DNA of 64,000 nucleotides from an uncultured Candidatus Saccharibacteria bacterium (GTDB lineage Bacteria; Patescibacteriota; Saccharimonadia; Saccharimonadales; Saccharimonadaceae): NCBI GenBank assembly GCA_963456295.1, contig CAUOLG010000001.1, positions 29,758 to 93,757 of the forward strand, read 5' to 3'. Shown piece by piece: positions 57,471 to 64,000 of this stretch (position 1 is its first letter; each line of letters starts with the position of its first letter). The notes under the pieces were generated by a model. It saw only the letters and a program-made list of their open reading frames with translations, ran no database searches and was not told where the DNA came from. The position numbers and the translations under genes were made by a program.

Positions 57471-59384
57471 ATGATCATCCACCGTATCCACCACTTAGCT
57501 CGTCAGCTCACTTTTGTGCTGGTGGGAGCTCTATGCTTTCTGTCGGTCCCGGCAAGAGCATTTTCAGTAGAGACGATGACGCCGACCAGTGGCTTGACTA
57601 GCGGTGGCACGCCGGTAGCAATCAAGGGTAAGGGCTTCATTAGAGAAGAGAACGAGAAGTTCGTTGATGTGGCGGCGGGCGTCGAGCACGCTTTACTCTT
57701 GTCGCAGAGTGGTCATATCTGGGCGGTCGGTAGTAATACGTACGGTCAGTTGGGCAGCAGGAAAGTAATTGGCTATACAGTTCAGCCTGTCGATGTGACA
57801 GCCAAGCTGAACTTAGAGGCAAGCGATCGGGTCGAAACGGTTGCGGCCGGTGACTATAGTTCGTACGCTATTAGTCAGAAGCATCGGGTTTTTGCCTGGG
57901 GTCACAATGATAGGGGTCAGCTAGGGCAAGGCGGCGAGAGTCGTCAAGATCGGAATCAGCCTGTCGAGATCACCGATAAATTCACTCTGCGTCAAGGTGA
58001 TTTCATTAGGTTTATTACTGCCGGCGCTAATACGGCTTATGCCCTGACCGACCAAGGCTATATCTACGTCTGGGGCGAGGTACAAGATTATATTGATGGT
58101 GACACTAATCGAAAGTACGCCGACAAGACTGCTCCGGTCGAGGCGGCTTGGCTGGGAGATAATATCAAGCTGCTGGCAGCGGGTAACCGATCGGCAATCA
58201 GTCTGGATAATGTTGGCAATTTGCAAACTTGGGGTCGCAATGATCACGGTGAGCTGGGGCGATCAAGGCGAGGCGAACCAAATAAGCTTGATCCGGCGAT
58301 GTCGGCTTACTATATCAGCTCGCCGGGTACGGGTAGTATCCCGTCACTTGGTGATGATACGGTGATCCAGGTTGCGGCCGGTAATGGCGTCATGGCAATC
58401 TTGACTAAGAATGACAGGCTGTTTATCTGGGGCAACCATCAGACCGGTATGCTGGGGATTGGCGATGACAAAGCTAATCCGGTCGATCACAGCAGCGGCG
58501 ACAAGCTCTCTAGCGTGCCGATTGAGCTAACCAAGCGGTTCAAGGAGCTCTTAGAGAAGGATGATCGGATTAGCCGGATTAGTATCGGTAATTCTCAGGT
58601 ATTAGCTCTGTCGCAATACGGTAGAGTCTTTAGCTGGGGGTCTAATGACTATGGTCAGTTGGGTGATGGGTCAAATATCAGTCGGAATCAGATTAGCGAG
58701 ATCACTAGCCAGTTTGTGCTACCGACGAAACCGAATCGACCCGACGGAACTGAGGATAAGGTGACTGTCCAGCAGGTACTGGCAGCAGGTGCCGGTGGCA
58801 GTCAGATAGCTAGCTACTCATATGCGCTTGATTCTGAGGGCAACGTCTATGCCTGGGGCGGCTCGGCGAAGGGCTTGCCCGGTATTAACGTCCTGGCTAA
58901 CACTAATCAGCCAAAGCTAATTAGCAACCGCCTAATTGCTAAAGTATCTAACGTCACGGCGATTCACTTCGGCGATAAAGAGGTGGCGGATTATGAAGTG
59001 GGTGATGATTCGATCAAGCTTTTAACGCCGGCTAGTGATCACTCCGGCGCTGTCGAAGTTACTCTAAGTGAGGACGAAGACCACGAGACTAAGTTGTCTC
59101 AGCTGTTCACTTACACTGATCCGGTTAATCCTGACGACGATAAAGACAAGGATAAGGGTGGCGACAATGATCAGACCGGTGATAAAAATGACAACAAGGA
59201 TAAAGATAAGTCCGGCGATAAAAGAGCTGATAACACCACTAGAAAACCTGCCGTCAGGAAATCAACCGGCGGCACCGGCTCGACCGGATCGAAGTATCGA
59301 CTGGCTGCCCCGAATACCGGAGCCATTAACGGGCTAAGACATATGGGGGTATGCCGGGTTTCACGCTGTCCTTGCATTGACTAG
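57471..59384 (+). CDS. Secreted RCC1-repeat beta-propeller protein with split IPT/TIG-like domain and D/K-rich linker
   Basis: Signal peptide, PTSG.TSGGT.V.I.G.GF, repeated VAAG..H/WG.N..GQLG, LFTY, APNTG. Confidence 0.85.
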   Translation: MIIHRIHHLARQLTFVLVGALCFLSVPARAFSVETMTPTSGLTSGGTPVAIKGKGFIREENEKFVDVAAGVEHALLLSQSGHIWAVGSNTYGQLGSRKVIGYTVQPVDVTAKLNLEASDRVETVAAGDYSSYAISQKHRVFAWGHNDRGQLGQGGESRQDRNQPVEITDKFTLRQGDFIRFITAGANTAYALTDQGYIYVWGEVQDYIDGDTNRKYADKTAPVEAAWLGDNIKLLAAGNRSAISLDNVGNLQTWGRNDHGELGRSRRGEPNKLDPAMSAYYISSPGTGSIPSLGDDTVIQVAAGNGVMAILTKNDRLFIWGNHQTGMLGIGDDKANPVDHSSGDKLSSVPIELTKRFKELLEKDDRISRISIGNSQVLALSQYGRVFSWGSNDYGQLGDGSNISRNQISEITSQFVLPTKPNRPDGTEDKVTVQQVLAAGAGGSQIASYSYALDSEGNVYAWGGSAKGLPGINVLANTNQPKLISNRLIAKVSNVTAIHFGDKEVADYEVGDDSIKLLTPASDHSGAVEVTLSEDEDHETKLSQLFTYTDPVNPDDDKDKDKGGDNDQTGDKNDNKDKDKSGDKRADNTTRKPAVRKSTGGTGSTGSKYRLAAPNTGAINGLRHMGVCRVSRCPCID

Positions 59385-59410
59385 TTAACTGCTTGTGCTA
59401 AATTAGATGT

Positions 59411-59677
59411 ATGGATGCCTTTCAAATACTAGTTCTGATCTTGTCGGTGTTTCTGGCGATATTCCTGGTGCTAGGCATCATTTTCTTAGTCTTGTCGATT
59501 CGGATCTCTATCCAGATTAAGCGTATCACCGATAATGTTGAGGACGCCAGCGATAGTCTGCGTTCATTCTTCGCTACGCTTAATCGGTTGGCTAATCCGG
59601 CGATAATTGCCAAGATTGTAGTAAAATATATCCGTAACCATCTTAGCGGTAAAAGGAGGAAAAAAGATGAGCAGTGA
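59411..59677 (+). CDS. Small membrane protein (DUF948-like)
   Basis: Long N-terminal TM then amphipathic helix; upstream of a YtxH-domain gene. Confidence 0.55.
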   Translation: MDAFQILVLILSVFLAIFLVLGIIFLVLSIRISIQIKRITDNVEDASDSLRSFFATLNRLANPAIIAKIVVKYIRNHLSGKRRKKDEQ

Positions 59678-59948
59678 CAAGAAATCATCAGGCGCAGGCA
59701 AGTTTGCCCTGGGGGCAGCTATCGGTACGGCCGTGGGTGTAGTGGCCGGTATCTTGACGGCACCAAAGTCAGGTAAAGAGACTCGGCAGGATGTCGCTCG
59801 TAAAGCCCGAGAAGTCAAGAAGGCAGCCGGTGACAAAGCCGGTGAGGCTAAGGCTTTCGCCGGTGAAAAAGTGCGGGATGCTAAGAAGTTCTTCGGTCAG
59901 AAGAAAGAAGAGCTGGACGACAAGATCGATAGCAAGTTAGACGACTAG
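59667..59948 (+). CDS. YtxH domain protein
   Basis: FALGAAIG...GILTAPKSGKETR motif. Confidence 0.88.
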   Translation: MSSDKKSSGAGKFALGAAIGTAVGVVAGILTAPKSGKETRQDVARKAREVKKAAGDKAGEAKAFAGEKVRDAKKFFGQKKEELDDKIDSKLDD

Positions 59949-59967
59949 CAGCTACCGGCTAAGCTTC

Positions 59968-59997
59968 AATAGACCCCGGATAAGGGGTCTATTCTTG
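59968..59997 (+). terminator. Intrinsic terminator-like hairpin
   Basis: AATAGACCCC-ggataa-GGGGTCTATT. Confidence 0.7.
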
Positions 59998-60057
59998 TTG
60001 CCCCCGGAGGGCCGGCAGCACCACAAATTAAGCATTATTTTGCTATAATAATTAGCG

Positions 60058-63000
60058 ATGAGTCAGGAGGGAGTAAAGACGAAAAAGCAGGATGATCGGA
60101 CTGATGTACCGCCGATCTGCATTAGCCGTGAGGAAGCACGCAAGCACAAGTTTACCCCGAGTGACTTCGTCCATTTGCACAACCATACCACTTACAGCGT
60201 GCTGGATGGATTGACCAAGGTAGATGACCTCATCGGTAAAGTCAAAGAGTTTGGTATGGAGGCCGTGGCAGTGACCGACCACGGCACTATGGGCGGCGAT
60301 CTAACTTTTTATAAAAAGGCGAAGGCGGCGGGCGTCAAGCCGGTTCTCGGCATCGAAGTGTACATGGCGACCCGAGGGCGCAAAGATCGTGATCCGGCAA
60401 AGGACAAGCAGCGTTTCCATCTGACCATTCTGGCTATGAATAAGGCCGGATGGCACAATATGATGCGTCTCTCCAGTCTGGCTAACCTGGAAGGAATGTA
60501 TTACAAGCCGCGGATTGACCACGAGATCTTAGAGAAATACAACGAGGGGCTAATCGTTCTATCGGGCTGTGCCAGCAGTGAGATTAGCTGCGCTCTAAAG
60601 ACCGGTGATTATGACAGGGCGGTTGAGCTGGCGAAGTGGTATCGGGGAGTCTTTGGTGATCGTTTTTACTTAGAGATGCAGGATCACGGTCACCCGAAGA
60701 GCAATACTCACTGGGAGATTCAGAACCGGATTAACGAAGGGCTGAAGCGGATGAATCAGGAGCTGGACATTCCTCTGGTAATTACCTGTGACGGACACTA
60801 TCTGACCCACGATTGTCAGCAGGCACACGAGATCCTACTCTGTATCGGTACGGGCTCTTTCTTAAGCGACAAGAATCGCATGAGCCTGGCTGATTTTGAG
60901 CTGCATTTGACTGACCCGAGAGATATCATTGACCACTGGGGCGACGAATGTCCGGAGGCTATCCTTAACACCAGGCTGGTTGCCGAGCGATGTAATGTCG
61001 ATATTGAGCTGGGGCAAGTGCTGATCCCGAAGTATCCCTCTCTCCCGAAAGGTGATAGTGAGCACTCGTTCTTTCATAAGTTGGTTTATCAGGGTCTGCT
61101 GGTGCGTTATAACGGTGTGCCGCAGGCGGAAGCGGAGCGGCTGTCGGTTGAGCAGATTAAGCCGATGCTGTCAGACGAAGTGCGTCAGCGAGCCGAGCTG
61201 GAGCTAAGTGTGATCGGTTCGATGGGCTATGAGGGCTATTTCTTGATCGTTCAGGACTTCATTAACTGGGGTAAGTCGCAAGGCTATGTCTTTGGCCCGG
61301 GGCGGGGGTCGGCGGCGGGGTCAATCGTCTCGTACGCCGTCCGGATCACTGACCTCGACCCGCTGAAGTACAGTTTACTGTTTGAGCGCTTCCTTAACCC
61401 TGACCGCATTTCGATGCCGGATATTGATGTCGATATGCAGGATACTTGTCGGGACGATGTGATCGACTACTGTGCTGATAAATACGGACGAGATCATGTC
61501 TGTAATATCGTCACCTTCGGTACGATGGCCAGCCGCTCAGCGGTGCGTGATGTGGCTCGAGTGCTGGAAGTGCCGTATGCTGAGAGTGACCGCCTGTCAA
61601 AGCTGGTGCCGACCGGACCGCAGTCAGCTCATATCGGTACTCTGCGGGAGATCTTGCAGACCGACCCGGATATCAAGCACGAGTATGAGACTAATCCCAC
61701 GGCTAAGAGGGTTTATGACTTTGCCGCCCAGCTGGAAGGCACAATCAGAAGTCATGGCGTTCATGCTTGCGGTACTGTGATTGCCCCGGAGCCGCTGATT
61801 GATATTATTCCACTGGAGATGGCGCAGAAAGGCGTGATCACTACTCAGTTCTCGGCTCCCGAGGTCGAGGATATGGGGCTGCTGAAGATGGACTTTTTGG
61901 GGCTGTCCAACCTGACTATCATTGATAACTGTCTGCGGATCGTTCGCAAGGTCTATGGTGACAAGGTTGACCTCGATAACCTCCAGCTGGATGACGAGGA
62001 AGCCTACAAGCTTTTGCAACGAGGTGAAACGACGGGGGTCTTCCAGCTGGAGTCTGCCGGCATGAAGCGCTACCTTAAGGAGCTGAAGCCGACCTGTTTT
62101 GACGATATTATTGCTATGGTGGCATTGTATCGTCCCGGTCCGATGCAGTTCATCGACTCGTTCATTGCTCGTAAGAACGGCAGAGAGCCGATTACCTATC
62201 CACACCCAACCATGGAGGATCAGCTGAAAGAGACCTATGGTGTATTGGTCTATCAGGAGCAGTTCATGAACATCTCTAAGGCGGTCTGTGGCTTTACCGG
62301 CGGTGAGGCGGATACTCTGCGTAAGGCTGTGGCTAAGAAGAAAGCCGACCTGATGGCGAAGATCAAGCCTAAGTTTATCGATGGGGCGGTCAAGACTGTC
62401 GGCGTGGAGCGAGAGCTGATGGAGAAGTTCTGGTCGCAGCTGGAAGACTTCGCCAACTACTGCTTTAACAAGAGTCATGCTGCCTGTTATGCCCTGATTG
62501 CCTACTGGACAGCCTATCTCAAGTCACATTATCAGGACGCCTTTATGGCGGCTCTGATGACCTCCGATTCGGGTGATACTGAGCGGCTAACCATCGAGAT
62601 CTCCGAGTGTAATCGGATGGGGATAGACGTATTAAGGCCTGATATTAATGAGTCGTTCCAGGAGTTTGCTGTCGTTAAGGGGACGAAGAACATTCGCTTC
62701 GGCCTAGCCGGGATCAAGAGCGTCGGCTCGACGGCGATTGACGATATCATCAAGCAGCGTAAGAAAGATGGGCTGTTTACCTCGGTGGAGGACTTTGCCC
62801 GGCGAGTCAATAGCCGGGTCTGCAATCGCAAGGTCTACGAGTCGCTGATCAAAGCAGGAGCTTTCGACTGTTTTATTGATAAGAGCGCTCCGGCCGGTAC
62901 TTACTCCGGCTCACGAGCCGATCTACTCTTTAATCTAGATAGCATCATTGCTTTTGCTCAGAAGTCGCAGAAAGAAGCCGACTCAGGTCAGGGTAACCTG

Positions 63001-63897
63001 ATTAGCATGCTGGAGGGTGATACTAAGGGTGTAGTATCCAGCTTGGAATTGAGTGCAGCGCCCAAACAAACTGACGCTAAGGAGCAGCTTAATTGGGAAC
63101 GGGAGCTGCTTGGTCTGTACCTGTCGGCTCATCCGCTGGACGCCTATGATGACTTTCTGAACGAAAAGACAAACCCGACTAACTCGCTTAGTTCCGACCA
63201 AGATGGTAGCCTGGCGACGGTTGGCGGGCTGGTCAGTAAGAATCGGACTCTAGTGACCAAGGCCGGCTCGAAGATGGCATTTCTGACTATCGAGGATAAG
63301 TTCGGTGAGATAGAGGTGGTGGTCTTTCCTAAGACTTTTGAGGCTAATATGCCGGCGACGATCAACCCCAGCGATGTGGTCTTGATTAAAGGCAGGATCA
63401 GCGGTAAAGATAAAGAGGGCAATCGTCTGCCCGACCCATCTCTGGTAGCTGATTCGATTCAAGTTGTCACTGATGATGTGCTGAGTGCCTATCAGCCGAC
63501 CGGCGTGCCGATGAGTGAAGTCAAGGCTGCTCCGGCTAGGTCAAGGCGTGGTGGTAGTCGCCAGTATCAGGCGAAGCAGGTGGCAGAGAGTGGGCGAAAA
63601 TATCATTCGGTAGCAACCAGAGCAAGCTCACCCGCCACTGATATGTCGCTCTATGATATCGTTGAGGCAGACAAGCCGAAAGTGATGTACATTCATATCA
63701 AAGATCCTACTGACGGCAAGAAACTGGTGGCGATGAGGGAAAAAGTTGATCAGTACCAAGGCGAAGATCAGGTTATCTTAGTGTTGGGTGAGTCTAAGAA
63801 GAACGCTGTGCGTATGCCGGTGCGGACCTCGGCTTGTGCTGAGCTGGAATCAGCGGTCGGGTCGATCTTCGGCGCTGATTGTGTAGCTATCCGTTAG
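60058..63897 (+). CDS. dnaE: DNA polymerase III alpha subunit
   Basis: PHP HLHNHT..S.LDG, GPGRGSAAGS, FERFLNPDR.SMPDID.D, KMDFLGL, FNKSHA, OB fold. Confidence 0.98.
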   Translation: MSQEGVKTKKQDDRTDVPPICISREEARKHKFTPSDFVHLHNHTTYSVLDGLTKVDDLIGKVKEFGMEAVAVTDHGTMGGDLTFYKKAKAAGVKPVLGIEVYMATRGRKDRDPAKDKQRFHLTILAMNKAGWHNMMRLSSLANLEGMYYKPRIDHEILEKYNEGLIVLSGCASSEISCALKTGDYDRAVELAKWYRGVFGDRFYLEMQDHGHPKSNTHWEIQNRINEGLKRMNQELDIPLVITCDGHYLTHDCQQAHEILLCIGTGSFLSDKNRMSLADFELHLTDPRDIIDHWGDECPEAILNTRLVAERCNVDIELGQVLIPKYPSLPKGDSEHSFFHKLVYQGLLVRYNGVPQAEAERLSVEQIKPMLSDEVRQRAELELSVIGSMGYEGYFLIVQDFINWGKSQGYVFGPGRGSAAGSIVSYAVRITDLDPLKYSLLFERFLNPDRISMPDIDVDMQDTCRDDVIDYCADKYGRDHVCNIVTFGTMASRSAVRDVARVLEVPYAESDRLSKLVPTGPQSAHIGTLREILQTDPDIKHEYETNPTAKRVYDFAAQLEGTIRSHGVHACGTVIAPEPLIDIIPLEMAQKGVITTQFSAPEVEDMGLLKMDFLGLSNLTIIDNCLRIVRKVYGDKVDLDNLQLDDEEAYKLLQRGETTGVFQLESAGMKRYLKELKPTCFDDIIAMVALYRPGPMQFIDSFIARKNGREPITYPHPTMEDQLKETYGVLVYQEQFMNISKAVCGFTGGEADTLRKAVAKKKADLMAKIKPKFIDGAVKTVGVERELMEKFWSQLEDFANYCFNKSHAACYALIAYWTAYLKSHYQDAFMAALMTSDSGDTERLTIEISECNRMGIDVLRPDINESFQEFAVVKGTKNIRFGLAGIKSVGSTAIDDIIKQRKKDGLFTSVEDFARRVNSRVCNRKVYESLIKAGAFDCFIDKSAPAGTYSGSRADLLFNLDSIIAFAQKSQKEADSGQGNLISMLEGDTKGVVSSLELSAAPKQTDAKEQLNWERELLGLYLSAHPLDAYDDFLNEKTNPTNSLSSDQDGSLATVGGLVSKNRTLVTKAGSKMAFLTIEDKFGEIEVVVFPKTFEANMPATINPSDVVLIKGRISGKDKEGNRLPDPSLVADSIQVVTDDVLSAYQPTGVPMSEVKAAPARSRRGGSRQYQAKQVAESGRKYHSVATRASSPATDMSLYDIVEADKPKVMYIHIKDPTDGKKLVAMREKVDQYQGEDQVILVLGESKKNAVRMPVRTSACAELESAVGSIFGADCVAIR

Positions 63898-64000
63898 GGG
63901 TAATTATCACGACACAATATGCTAGGGCTTAAAGTCCCAGGCTTCATTCTTGCGGATAGATAAAGTTTGTCGTATAATTGCAACTGAAATAAGGTGAAAA

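Noticed and set aside
61624..62478. 284-aa antisense ORF within dnaE (and similar shadow ORFs in nrdD, alaS, ftsH)
   Set aside because: Shadow frames of strongly conserved genes with no recognisable motifs

Overview
Chromosomal segment of a small-genome bacterium, most likely Patescibacteria/Saccharibacteria (TM7). This is an inference from gene content and order, the short TsaB, the reduced AlaRS and the standard genetic code. The housekeeping backbone includes a wcaJ-like sugar transferase, LCP, trmB, mscS, recA/recX, rny, two tRNA-Met(CAT), tilS, ftsH, murJ, lepA, tRNA-Lys, sufCBDSU, nrdDG, alaS, ftsA, yqgF, mltG, LysM-CHAP, sbcB and dnaE. A ~14 kb accessory island lies between lepA and tRNA-Lys and has two parts. 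(i) Two AAA_14/DUF4143-type ATPases surround a NYN ribonuclease. They are accompanied by 42-bp palindromes, a 38-bp direct repeat, a 98-bp unit array and a predicted ~57-nt structured antisense RNA over the NYN 3' end. (ii) A TolC-less type I secretion locus exports an RTX protein with an N-terminal lipase, an FrpC-type Asp-Pro self-processing module and Ca-binding repeats, preceded by two paralogous putative immunity genes. Other notable items are a SUF operon with a mini-SufD divergent from nrdDG across NrdR-like boxes, an editing-domain-less AlaRS, a quartet of M16-peptidase-like paralogs around a small basic ORF, a nonsense-split S66 peptidase, an atypical initiator tRNA and widespread leaderless promoter architecture. 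All calls come from motif reading; no database searches were run.
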